Below are positions 20,129 through 29,568 of a stretch of DNA of 64,000 nt, one piece after another. The stretch is from a virus (lineage: Duplodnaviria > Heunggongvirae > Uroviricota > Caudoviricetes), in IMG/VR virus record IMGVR_UViG_3300027996_000012, positions 1-64,000 of that record, one strand, 5' to 3'. Position numbers and translations under genes: made by a program. The first letter of the stretch is position 1, and each line of letters begins with the position of its first letter. The notes under the pieces were generated by a model. That model made no database searches. It saw only the letters and a program-made list of their open reading frames with translations, and was not told where the DNA came from.

Positions 20129-20472
20129 ACTGCGCCACCATGTCGTCGTCTATGGCAATTTGCACATCGAACATCACATTTGGCGATCTCTTTTTTGACA
20201 GTGGCAAGCGTGTAAGTCGCAATCATACTTGCCACATCAGCTTTTTTCTTACCCCTCACATGATCAAACTCCAAAACAATTATGTCTGTCTCACCGCAAT
20301 CAATACATGGATGTGTAGACAAGTAATCAACGATATACTGACGAACTTTAACCGTTGATTTTTGTTTTCTCTGCCGGGCTCGTTCCAATTCTGATTGGTG
20401 GTTACGTTTATACCATTTACGGAAATACCGCTTCTGGTATGCTTGTCGCTTTATGGGGTCTTTGTGGGGCAC
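20107..20472 (-). CDS. HNH endonuclease
   Basis: CIDCGETD...EFDHVRGKK...CANCHRRRH carries a His-Asn-His core with paired CxxC motifs. Confidence 0.85.
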   Translation of the reverse strand: MPHKDPIKRQAYQKRYFRKWYKRNHQSELERARQRKQKSTVKVRQYIVDYLSTHPCIDCGETDIIVLEFDHVRGKKKADVASMIATYTLATVKKEIAKCDVRCANCHRRRHGGAVWKTTCC

Positions 20473-20483
20473 AAACAGATACC

Positions 20484-21074
20484 TTAATTCTCATCAATCT
20501 GTGTTTTGATAAAATCTTTGCCGGTCATCCATTCCCCGTGCTCCAATGAATAGACCGTCTCGAAGCCTTCAATCAGCACGGGGTTGTGCGCGGTTGCGAT
20601 GACTTGCCCGCCCAGGTCTTCAATGTGCTGGAAGGCACGCACCAGTCGGCGGCATGACCGGATGCTCAATGCCATGTCCGGTTCATCCATTATGACGATG
20701 GCTGGCTTGTCGATCCCTTCAACGTCTGCAATCATTGCAAGCACCATCTCGCCATGGCTTTTCCAAAAAGTCCCGACATGAAAAGCAATGTCGTCATCGA
20801 ACCGTGCTTTGGTACGATAGTTGTCCTTCTCGAAATCGAAAGCAAACACTGGTAGCGGCTCGTCCCGGTAGTCCAGAATGAATGGGACCTCTTCCTTCCG
20901 TGGTAATTGTATGCTCTTGGGCTTCTTCATACCATGCACACAGATACCCTGGTACAGAGACGACTTGCCAGATCCTTGGTCGCCGACAATCAGATTCACC
21001 CCATGGCGGAAATTGATCATCTCGGTGCCTTTGAAGCACCGCCAAGGTTTCAGTATAAGTACAGTTTCAAACAT
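20484..21074 (-). CDS. compact ABC-type/AAA ATPase (196 aa)
   Basis: Walker A LIVGDQGSGKSSL, Walker B and D-loop VIMDEPDMALS, and an H-loop-like ATAHNP. Confidence 0.7.
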   Translation of the reverse strand: MFETVLILKPWRCFKGTEMINFRHGVNLIVGDQGSGKSSLYQGICVHGMKKPKSIQLPRKEEVPFILDYRDEPLPVFAFDFEKDNYRTKARFDDDIAFHVGTFWKSHGEMVLAMIADVEGIDKPAIVIMDEPDMALSIRSCRRLVRAFQHIEDLGGQVIATAHNPVLIEGFETVYSLEHGEWMTGKDFIKTQIDEN

Positions 21075-21077
21075 GAC

Positions 21078-21767
21078 TTACCCCATACAAGCTAGTGCTC
21101 TGACAGCTTGGCCCCAGTTGCCATTAGCGATTTGCAACTCATCCCGCGCCATACCCAAACATTCTTGCAGCGTATAGGGAGACGGTTCAGTGCGTAAACT
21201 CGTAATGATGTGGTGAGCAATGACTTCGGCTTGGTGGTCAAGTTCTTCCAAGGTTCCATCATTGAGAACCCTGGCGTCCCAACCCAAATACTTGGCAAGG
21301 GCCTGATCGGCGACATCGTTTCCGGGGTAGAAGCCTGGTCGCTCCACAAGGATGCTCAATCCACCCAGATCAGCAATCCGGGTTGCTTCATTCGGGAACC
21401 GAACATCGGGGATGATCAGCACATCAGGCTCAACCACGGGGCGCAGAGCATAATCGACCCATGTGCCATCGTAGACCTGTTCCCGAATCGCGGGGGTGCC
21501 CAGATCGATCCACACCTTACGTGGGGACTTGCCGATAGCTGGTAGGACGACTTCTCGCAGTGCTGCACCCTCCGGTGTATTGTAGAAGTCCTTGTCCTTG
21601 AGCCCTGCCCAACCATACAGGTCGTGGGCGATCTCTTTGAGTTTGTCTGCAAAGCCCACAGTACGCATGTCCCAATCCGGGCGATACTTCCTCAAGTGGG
21701 TCTTGAGCATCTCTGCAATAGTGTCCTTGCCAACTCGCTTCGCGTGACCAAATCCAACAAGTATCAT
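21078..21767 (-). CDS. deoxynucleoside monophosphate kinase-like P-loop protein
   Basis: N-terminal GFGHAKRVGKDTIAEML resembles the phage dNMP kinase GxxxxGKDT P-loop. Confidence 0.55.
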   Translation of the reverse strand: MILVGFGHAKRVGKDTIAEMLKTHLRKYRPDWDMRTVGFADKLKEIAHDLYGWAGLKDKDFYNTPEGAALREVVLPAIGKSPRKVWIDLGTPAIREQVYDGTWVDYALRPVVEPDVLIIPDVRFPNEATRIADLGGLSILVERPGFYPGNDVADQALAKYLGWDARVLNDGTLEELDHQAEVIAHHIITSLRTEPSPYTLQECLGMARDELQIANGNWGQAVRALACMG

Positions 21768-22102
21768 CTGTCAACCTTTCGATATCGGGGTCCGTCATGA
21801 TCGGGCGGTTGAGGAAAGGGGCTTTCCCCGTCCGGCCGATTCTTGTAAACATTACACACACTCTTGATGAGACCAACCAAAGCGTTGTCTCGTTGTTTCT
21901 CCGTCGCGTACCATTTCCAAAGCACCCAACTCCATGTGAGGGTGGTAGCCTTCCCGTTGACATTAAAGTGAAGCCTTGGACCCAACCACTCTACACCGAA
22001 CCGCTTCTTGATCTTCTTCTTATTCCTGGCGGGCCGAGCAACATCAGAGGGTTCGATCTCGTTCGACAGTTCGGGTCGGCGATGGTTTGGTCCCCAAGTC
22101 AT
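21764..22102 (-). CDS. hypothetical protein
   Basis: ORF coupled to the neighbouring minus-strand genes. Confidence 0.45.
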   Translation of the reverse strand: MTWGPNHRRPELSNEIEPSDVARPARNKKKIKKRFGVEWLGPRLHFNVNGKATTLTWSWVLWKWYATEKQRDNALVGLIKSVCNVYKNRPDGESPFPQPPDHDGPRYRKVDR

Positions 22103-22341
22103 TCCAGTTCTCCTGAATGAAATAGCACAGCATGACCACAGATTGTCCGCCCTGACAACATGGTCGCCGTTTGATTCACTTCTCCAAATTCATCGCTGTC
22201 TTCGTGGACTGCCATACAATCTCCACCCTGCAAGTTGATGAATTTCACGAACCCATTGACATACGTTTGCAAATCGGTGAGGGACAAAGGTGTCACAATA
22301 CCATGTTGCATCTGATTATCTACTGGAATGAAATGCGCCAT
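22099..22341 (-). CDS. hypothetical protein
   Basis: ORF whose start overlaps the upstream stop. Confidence 0.45.
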   Translation of the reverse strand: MAHFIPVDNQMQHGIVTPLSLTDLQTYVNGFVKFINLQGGDCMAVHEDSDEFGEVNQTATMLSGRTICGHAVLFHSGELE

Positions 22342-22343
22342 TG

Positions 22344-22499
22344 TTACTCCGGGTACGCAATTAAGTCACCATCATGTTGATCGGCGAATATGTCCTCGTT
22401 GTCGGGGAAATCATCCTCAACCACGGTTTCCACATGTTCGGCAACCAATACAGAGCGACTTGCATATCCGTAACAACGATAAACTTCAACCTCAACCAT
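22344..22499 (-). CDS. small hypothetical protein (~51 aa; MVEVEVYRCYGYASRSV...)
   Basis: Not in the ORF track because it is under 60 aa. A strong RBS AAGGAGAACCAGG precedes the ATG on the minus strand, and it fills the gap before the primase gene. Confidence 0.35.
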   Translation of the reverse strand: MVEVEVYRCYGYASRSVLVAEHVETVVEDDFPDNEDIFADQHDGDLIAYPE

Positions 22500-22510
22500 C
22501 CTGGTTCTCC

Positions 22511-25278
22511 TTACTCAGTTTTGGTGACCCGGAGGTAACCATCATCCAAAAAACATCTCGGGGTGGTTCTTATGTCCAAACCCTTTGGCGGTGGGCTAAA
22601 AGACATGTTTCCGATACTCACGTTACGTGAATGACCCCAGCCTACAACGTAGGGTTGTGTAATCTCAGCACGTACTCTCTTCAGTGTCCAAGTAGCCTTG
22701 TCAGTGGCGGACAGTGTTGCCTGGAATGTGTTGTAGAAGTCCTCTAGGACGATACGTTGTCCGGGGAATTCAAAACACTTTTCTGCCATGAACTCTTCTA
22801 ATGGGTTCATGGATGTCCTTGCCAACATCTCTTTGCTTTCCGTCATGACTACCGGGATACGCATTCTGGTGGTCATCTCTGGGAGGACCGTGCGAATCAA
22901 TGTTGTCATGAAATGTGGTGCTTCGGCCCTGAGCAGATCTTTCAACATGGGTTTGGGAATCTCGGTAGGTTCACCATGTTTATCAACCGGGAGGGCGGGG
23001 ACATAGATCGATGTAATACGACTGTCACCTGGAAAGATTGGAGAATGCCCCTGCTTGTTCGCAGTGTGAATGAACTTCAGATAGTTGGGTACCAAATAGG
23101 GTTCCAAGCCCTTTTTGTGGACCAAGAATGTATCTGAGGTTATCCAGTCTTTGATGCGATTGTATGTCCGCTCACCTGCTTCCCGCAGGTTGACTTCCTC
23201 AAGTCGGGCAAAGATGGTTGTCGCCAACTCGCTATTGAACCCACCCGAACTCAGGGCTGCTTGGTTGGCCGTCATTACAGCGTTTTTTGTCACCAACAAT
23301 TCGATGGCATCACCAAGAATAGATTTACCACTGTTCTGTGGTCCCCAGAGGAATAGGTAGGGTAAATGATTCAGGGGTTCACGCAATGCACTGGCGATCC
23401 ACAACCGAAGGTAATCGCCACCACGGAATACCCCATTCTTCATTGCCCATGGGTTTTTCCCAAGAGCTTGATCTAATTCATGTCCTGAATGTTCCAGAAC
23501 ACTGTCCCAATGTGGGTGATGCGGTTCTTCATCCAACGGAATATCAGCCGGTTGGTATACCCATTGTGGCGCATCACGATTCCATAGGCGTCCGCCGGGT
23601 TCTTCAGCACCAAATGGTGTCATGGTCAATTCCCACGCATTGTGAACTGCATCGCCCAACAAGTTTTCTGTTTCTGTTCCACTGTAACCCAAAGCTCGAA
23701 TGTAGTTGCGAACATTGTCCTTTTTCAAGTTCTTCCATTCATCGTTGACTATTGTCGCCCACCCAATTTCTTCCTTTTCACGGCACAGGAACCGCATTGT
23801 ATGATCATGCTCGTACAAAGTGGTTTGTGTTTTTTCAGCCGAGTTTGTTACATTCTCTAGGCGTGTCCAGTGACCTTTCTTCGCTAACCAACCAGGAGCT
23901 TTGATTCCAGCTTCGTCATCATCCTTTTCCTTGGCGATCTTAATATGCAAGCGATCATCTTTGGTCAGTGTGAGTGATGTCTGTCGGGTCTTGAATGTAT
24001 CAGGTACGTCAACCGTTTTACCCATGGCTTCAACGGCTGCTAAGGCATCAGCACCCGTGTTGAAGATATACGTACCCGGCTTGTCACCATCTTCCAGACC
24101 GCCTAAAGCCACTGCTGCATCAGATAATGAGGGTGCTTGGTTGAAGTAACACTGTGTCCAACCTTCAGGGGATTGGTCCCATGTGGGGGATTCAACAGCA
24201 CCAACACCAAACCGAAAAACACGCCAGCCGCCTTGCTTTAATGGAAACATAAAGCAGTTTGGTTTTGATGGGTCACCACCACCAGACAGGGTTTCAAAGA
24301 AGCCCTTCAGTTTGCGACCTTCGTTTGCGTGCTTCTCATAAACCTCTTTGATCGCAATGGTATGCGTTTGAAGCAGCCAATGGTCCGCGACCCAGATTGT
24401 TGAAAACCCAGAATCTTCCAGTTCTTCCATCAAGGCTTTGTGGGCGTCATCAAGTGGGACATTCTTTCGAGCCTTTGCCAGCTTCTCGAATTTCCCAGTC
24501 TCGTCCTTGGATGACCCTGTCAAACCTAGAACTCGGATATGTCGTTTTCGTCTGGAGACAACATCGATATTATCACGCCAGTTGATCGGTATCTTGTCAA
24601 ACTTCTCCGTAGCTGGTGTGATAAGCTTCAAACCGTTACTCTTACCATCCAAAATGTCACGCCGGAAACACCAGATGATATTGCCACAGACATCCATACT
24701 GGAAGCCAGATCGAAGGCTGCCTCTTTAGCCATAACGCCAAGCATCGCCCGCCCAAGTGCAGCATGTTCTGTATGAGTTTCTGTACGAGGAGGATTCTTG
24801 AAATGGATGTACAGATGAAGTCCGTTTCCACCGGTACTACGGCGTGTCTCAATCCAGGGAATGTCAGCAACTGCTTGTTCAACAGCCTTCAACTCTTCGG
24901 GTTTGATTCCCACCCCAGGGGCATGACCCACAATGGAATCAAAATCGTATCCGACAAACTCGCTCTGACGATCTCGCCAGTTCCAACCAGACATGCCGAC
25001 AGCATGTGCATATTTGGAGAGCGAGAAAGATAGTGGGTAGTCCTTCCATTCGGGGATCTTATCTGCCCCTTTTGGGATACGGATGTTCCACCAACGAGTC
25101 TCGCCATCTTCGTAGGTGTTCCGGCGACCCTCTACTGGCTCGCCGTTCAACTTCATCACATTGATCTGGGCTTCCATACCAGCGTGGTATAACGCGCCCA
25201 GTTCTGGGGAGTTGGGGGAATTATGGGTAAGAAAATACTTGAGTGCTTCAGTTACGGTTGGCAGGCTATTTGCTGACA
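22511..25278 (-). CDS. DNA primase-polymerase fused to an SF3 (D5-like) helicase
   Basis: The probable start MSANSLP at 25278 follows a GGAGGA RBS. A prim-pol-like N-terminal half is followed by the Walker A stretch YLFLWGPQNSGKSILGDAIELL typical of SF3 helicases. Confidence 0.8.
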
Positions 25279-25475
25279 TACAGTGTTGTCCTCCATTTGG
25301 CTCTACCCTACAATACGGTACTTGATCGGCGAATCTTTGACGAAAGTCTGAATTTGCCGAAAATCCGAATAAGGAAGCCGCGATCATTCCATCATAATAC
25401 GCCCGAACCCCCTGTGTCAAGAGGCTTTGTGTTAAGAAAGCTGCAATGGTCAAACTGTGTGGTGGCGGCCGGTTG

Positions 25476-25959
25476 AAAGTCACCTCACTTCAAATATCCG
25501 AGTGAGGTGACTTTGGGGCAAAAGATACAAGTGGTGCGAAATGGTTTGATATTTACCCCAGGGTAAGGGAGGTTGCTTTATGATTTCAAACTTTTGTTGT
25601 TTCTCTTGATGGACCGAAAACAGCTAAAACCCTGTGTCTTTTGAACCCCATTTTCATAAACCACATACTGAAAAGAACTTACGTCGATTAGTGAGGTGAC
25701 TTTTGGTAGTGAAAAGTCACCCCACCTCGAAAATCCCAGGTGACTTTTCACTACCAAAAGTCACCTGGCTGACAAAAGTCCGGCACTATTTTGAGAATTC
25801 TGAGAAACTTTCGGGTTTTGTCGAAGATCACGGCAACATCTACCGTATAATAAGATGTATCACATTTTGCAGGTTTTGAAAGTCACCAGCATTGAGATTC
25901 GAGACTGAGGTGACTTTTCACCAATCTCAGGTGACTTTTCACTACCAAAAGTCACCAGG
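25476..25959. repeat. array of palindromic iterons GGTGACTTTT-N7-AAAAGTCACC (candidate parS/operator/origin)
   Basis: Perfect inverted repeats at 25476-25514, 25693-25721, 25736-25768 and 25928-25959, with extra half-sites at ~25877-25888 and 25908-25923. The 7-nt spacers are GGTAGTG or its complement CACTACC. Confidence 0.75.
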
Positions 25960-25974
25960 TAAGATAGGTAAACT

Positions 25975-26919
25975 ATGCCGGATATTCCAGTCGTACAGGT
26001 TATACCGATAGAAAAAATACACGAGCCACCGATGGTACTCCGTGTGGTGAATCGTCAGATTGTTGAGTATTTGGAACTGCGTGACTCGCTAAAGGAACAT
26101 GGATTCATCAATAGCTTGTGTGTGCGACCCGCCCCACAACGTGGTCCAGACATGTATGAAGTCGTCGATGGTTTGTACCGGTTGAATTGCTGCCGTGATC
26201 TTGATATCCCCCGGGCTCCGTGTATCGTCAAAGACATCTCTGACCGTCTTCTATTGTCGCTTCAAATTCAAGCCAACGCAATTCGCCCAGAAACCACCCA
26301 GATTGAGTATGCCCGTCAGCTTCTCAAGATTATGGAATTCGACACAAGTCTTCGATTGGTAGACCTAGCGTGTATGATTCACAAGTCCTCTGTGTGGGTG
26401 AAAAACACACTTGGGCTATTGAACCTGTCTGTGCCGCTCCAGAAAAAAGTCGAACGCGGAGAGATTGGAGCAAGTAATGCGTATTGGCTGTCCAAGATGC
26501 ATTCATCGTTTCAGCGTGATTATGCGGAACAGGCAGAAACCATGTCTATCTCAGAATTCGCAGCCATGGCAAAGGAGCGCATCAAAGCCTTCAATGATGC
26601 CGTGCGTCAGGGGAAAATGGAAGTTTTCTATTCCACGCGGTACACACCATACCCCCACCTGCGTCCGTTGAAAGAGATCGAGGCCGAGCGGCTTAGTATG
26701 GAAGCAGCAACTCGGGTGATGCCTCAAGCGAAATGTCGTACCCCTATTGACGGGTGGCGTATGGCTCTTAGTTGGGTTCTGCACATGGACCCCGATTCGG
26801 TGGCCCTTTTACACAAATACCATCAGAACCAGGAGCAACGTATTCAAGACCGCCTCCAAGCTCGCCGAGCCGCACTCATCGCTGAAAGAAAAAAGAAGAA
26901 ATCCGATTATGACACTTGA
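25975..26919 (+). CDS. ParB-like (ParB/Srx N-terminal domain) partition or nuclease protein
   Basis: IPIEKIHEPPMVLRVVNRQIVEYLELRDSLKEHGFINSLCVRPAP...YEVVDGLYRLNCCRDL matches the ParB N-terminal box. The gene sits directly downstream of the iteron array. Confidence 0.7.
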   Translation: MPDIPVVQVIPIEKIHEPPMVLRVVNRQIVEYLELRDSLKEHGFINSLCVRPAPQRGPDMYEVVDGLYRLNCCRDLDIPRAPCIVKDISDRLLLSLQIQANAIRPETTQIEYARQLLKIMEFDTSLRLVDLACMIHKSSVWVKNTLGLLNLSVPLQKKVERGEIGASNAYWLSKMHSSFQRDYAEQAETMSISEFAAMAKERIKAFNDAVRQGKMEVFYSTRYTPYPHLRPLKEIEAERLSMEAATRVMPQAKCRTPIDGWRMALSWVLHMDPDSVALLHKYHQNQEQRIQDRLQARRAALIAERKKKKSDYDT

Positions 26920-27012
26920 CAAACACCATCCGGTCATATTACCATAGAGGTTGTGGATCATACAATGTGATCCGAGTAACCCTCTGACCCTCTTTTTAGT
27001 GAGGTATTTGCT

Positions 27013-27747
27013 ATGAGCGATGAGCAAGCCCTGGCCACTGTGGCCAACCTTGGGGATCTTCTCCCCGCAAGCACCAACCTTGGACTGGATGTTATCGAGT
27101 CCTTTGCGTCGGTGAACTCGTACCTGCCCCGAATGCAACTTTTCACCAAGGGCACGTACATTGACCAAGGAAAGATCGCACCTGGTCATTACGGAGTGAT
27201 CAGCGGTAAGGAAGTTGCCGATCATGGTACGGAAATCGATGTTCTGGTACTGGCCGTGCGTGCGAAAGCACTGGACATGTCGGATCGAGATAACATCATC
27301 TCGCGGTACGTCCCCGGTGAGGCCGAGTTTGAACGGATTCGTGCGGATGCTGAAGGCAAGAATACATCTTGCCAGTGTGGTCTGTCGTTCCTTATCTATG
27401 AGGCGGCATCCAATACCCTCTTTGAGTTCTTCTGTGGCTCAAAGTCGGCGCAAACAGAATCAAAGACGATTCTGAACTTCATGGCCGTTACGAAGGAACA
27501 AGCAGCCCAACAGGCTGAGCTAGGCCGTATTGTTGAACCGCGTCCCATGTCCCCCATGACCTTGAAAGTCCGGTACATCCAGAAGAAATTCTCCTGGCAC
27601 GTTCCGGTCGCCGTCCCCTGCTCGACACCGATTGATGTCGGTCTCCCCCAAGAGCAACTGGTGGCGCAGGTCAAGAAGTTCCTTGATCCCAAGGACGAAG
27701 GTGGCACCGAAGTAGCTGAGGATGCTACCGGCGGTCGCGCAGTGTGA
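27013..27747 (+). CDS. hypothetical protein (244 aa)
   Basis: Clean ORF with RBS, no recognised motif. Confidence 0.55.
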   Translation: MSDEQALATVANLGDLLPASTNLGLDVIESFASVNSYLPRMQLFTKGTYIDQGKIAPGHYGVISGKEVADHGTEIDVLVLAVRAKALDMSDRDNIISRYVPGEAEFERIRADAEGKNTSCQCGLSFLIYEAASNTLFEFFCGSKSAQTESKTILNFMAVTKEQAAQQAELGRIVEPRPMSPMTLKVRYIQKKFSWHVPVAVPCSTPIDVGLPQEQLVAQVKKFLDPKDEGGTEVAEDATGGRAV

Positions 27748-27813
27748 GAATGGATCGGACCAGAGTCATCATGGCGGTGACTCTGGTCTTCTTTTTCAAG
27801 CACAGGTATTTAC

Positions 27814-28365
27814 ATGTTGAGAACAATCGGCAATTTTGAACTCGGCGATTGGCATATTCCGGTACAGACTGGAATTCCTGATGCCACCGAGTTTCTACGA
27901 CTCGCATACAATCTTGCACATAAGAAGAGCGACGACCCCAGCACTGAAGTTGGTGCTGTTGTTGTCCGTAAAGGTGAGGTACTGGTTTCTGGCGTGAATC
28001 ACATGCCAGCCAGAAGCCTGTGCTTCGATAAGGCCAACCTTGAGCGACCCTACAAGTACAAACTCATAGAGCACGCCGAGCGAGATGCCGTGTACACTGC
28101 CGCCAGATGTGGGGTGGCCCTTGATGGGAGTGTTATGTTTGCTCCGTGGGCTGCCTGTTCAGACTGCGCCAGAGCCATTGTCCTGAGTGGGATTGATCAT
28201 GTGGTGGCCCATTATCAGGCTATCGAGCAGACACCGAAGCGATGGAAAGAAGAAATCGAGATCGGGCTCCGCATCTTTGATGCGGCTGGAGTGAGCTATG
28301 TCCTGTTTGACGGGAATATCGGGGGCGTTGAGAATCTGTTCGACGGAAAAATCTGGTATCCGTAA
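27814..28365 (+). CDS. dCMP / cytidine deaminase (zinc-dependent)
   Basis: HAERDAV ... PWAACSDCA is the H(A/C)E ... PCxxC zinc-binding signature. Confidence 0.85.
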   Translation: MLRTIGNFELGDWHIPVQTGIPDATEFLRLAYNLAHKKSDDPSTEVGAVVVRKGEVLVSGVNHMPARSLCFDKANLERPYKYKLIEHAERDAVYTAARCGVALDGSVMFAPWAACSDCARAIVLSGIDHVVAHYQAIEQTPKRWKEEIEIGLRIFDAAGVSYVLFDGNIGGVENLFDGKIWYP

Positions 28366-28447
28366 GGATTTGGCTTGAAATTGAAATGAAACGTGGTATA
28401 TTTGAAGGAGTTTACCACTTTTCTACTCTTACTTGAGGAGGTACGCA

Positions 28448-29368
28448 ATGACGTACACCAAGCAGAGCGGTCCTTCTGTAAAGAAGGTCGCTACCATCGT
28501 GTTGTCTGGTATTGCTGTACTGACGGTACTCATCTTTGCTGTGATGAGCTACAAGGTCGTCGATGCCGGTGAGGTCGGGGTTGCCACCCTATTCGGTAAC
28601 GTGCAAGAAGAGTCCTATTCCGAGGGGCTGCACTTTCCGGTGAATCCGTTCTACAATTGGACCGCGTACAATGTCAGAGAGCAAAAACTTGATCTCAGCG
28701 GTGTTCCGGTACCAACGGCAGACCAACAAACCTCCAAAATCGATTTGACAGTGATCTTCGAGCTTACCGATGCCTCGTGTCCGGCGGCCCGCAGTGATGT
28801 GGGCAACGGTGATGCCGTTCGAGAAGTGAAGTTGGTACCGAATCTGCGATCATTGGTTCGATCCGTGGGTAAATCGGTCAGTCGATGCGAAGATTTGTTC
28901 CTGGACAACATCCAAGAGACAATGCAAGCCGATCTCACGTCACAGCTTCAGATCAAGGTTGGCAAGTATGCAACCGTGAAGGCAGTGTTGCTACGCAATA
29001 TCGTGCTGCCGGGTCATATTCTGGACGCGATCAAGAACAAGAAGGTCCGCGAACAGCAGGGCGAGGAAGAGAAGGCCGAGCTTGCTCGATTCAAGACCGA
29101 GCAGGAACAGAAGAAGGCCCAAGCTCAAGCCGAACGCGCGGCTGCGGAGGAGCGTGCCGAGCAGATCAAGGTGCTTGCTGACGCCGATGCTTATGCCATT
29201 CAAGCGATCAACAAGGCTATTGCTGGGAATCCGGCGTACATCAAGTTGCAGGCTCTGGAGGCTCTGCAAGCGATCTCCAAGGACCCGGCGTCCAAGATGT
29301 ATTTCATGGATGGAAACTCAACGAATCCGTTGCCCTTGCTTCATCTCGGAGATGACATAGGGAAGTAA
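28448..29368 (+). CDS. SPFH/band-7 (prohibitin/HflC-like) membrane protein
   Basis: RBS GAGGAGG then ATG. An N-terminal TM segment is followed by YKVVDAGEVGVATLFGNVQEESYSEGLHFPVNPF (SPFH core) and an Ala/Glu-rich coiled coil. Confidence 0.8.
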   Translation: MTYTKQSGPSVKKVATIVLSGIAVLTVLIFAVMSYKVVDAGEVGVATLFGNVQEESYSEGLHFPVNPFYNWTAYNVREQKLDLSGVPVPTADQQTSKIDLTVIFELTDASCPAARSDVGNGDAVREVKLVPNLRSLVRSVGKSVSRCEDLFLDNIQETMQADLTSQLQIKVGKYATVKAVLLRNIVLPGHILDAIKNKKVREQQGEEEKAELARFKTEQEQKKAQAQAERAAAEERAEQIKVLADADAYAIQAINKAIAGNPAYIKLQALEALQAISKDPASKMYFMDGNSTNPLPLLHLGDDIGK

Positions 29369-29383
29369 CAGGCTGTCGCGGAC

Positions 29384-29413
29384 GGGAGGGTCCTGTGCAT
29401 CCAGGGCCCTCCC
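29384..29413 (+). other. strong GC hairpin between the SPFH gene and the tRNA cluster (processing site or U-tract-less terminator)
   Basis: GGGAGGGTCCTG-TGCAT-CAGGGCCCTCCC, 11 of 12 paired, with no T-run after it. Confidence 0.35.
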
Positions 29414-29421
29414 GAAATGGT

Positions 29422-29494
29422 GCGGGTTGGAGCAGTCCGGTTAGCTCGCCAGACTCATAATCTGGGGGTCTGGGGTTCAAATCCCTGACCCGCT
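29422..29494 (+). tRNA. tRNA-Met/Ile2 (anticodon CAT)
   Basis: Cloverleaf with acceptor GCGGGTT/GACCCGC, D-arm GAGCAGTCCGGTTAGCTC, anticodon stem CCAGA/TCTGG with loop CTCATAA, and T-loop GGGGTTCAAATCC. Confidence 0.7.
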
Positions 29495-29499
29495 ACTTA

Positions 29500-29563
29500 G
29501 GTACTATAGCTCAATGGTAGAGTCCCGTGAAGGGCGACGTGGGTCCGATTCCCATAGGTACCT
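29500..29563 (+). ncRNA. tRNA-like element lacking a functional anticodon arm
   Basis: A canonical D-arm (TAGCTCAATGGTAGAG), a T-arm (GTGGGTCCGATTCCCAT) and a pairing acceptor (GGTACTA/AGGTACC) are present. Only 14 nt lie between the D- and T-arms and they cannot form an anticodon stem. Total length is 64 nt. Confidence 0.5.
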
Positions 29564-29568
29564 TGTTT

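Noticed and set aside
25476-25959. Could the repeated GGTGACTTTT elements be a CRISPR array?
   Set aside because: The repeats are palindromes of variable spacing and orientation, not regularly spaced direct repeats separated by unique spacers. No cas genes or leader are present. They fit iterons, parS sites or operators instead.
26940-27012. Imperfect palindrome GTGGATCATACAATGTGATCCGAG upstream of the 27013 gene as an operator
   Set aside because: It occurs once with mismatched arms and could be chance. It is noted but not called.
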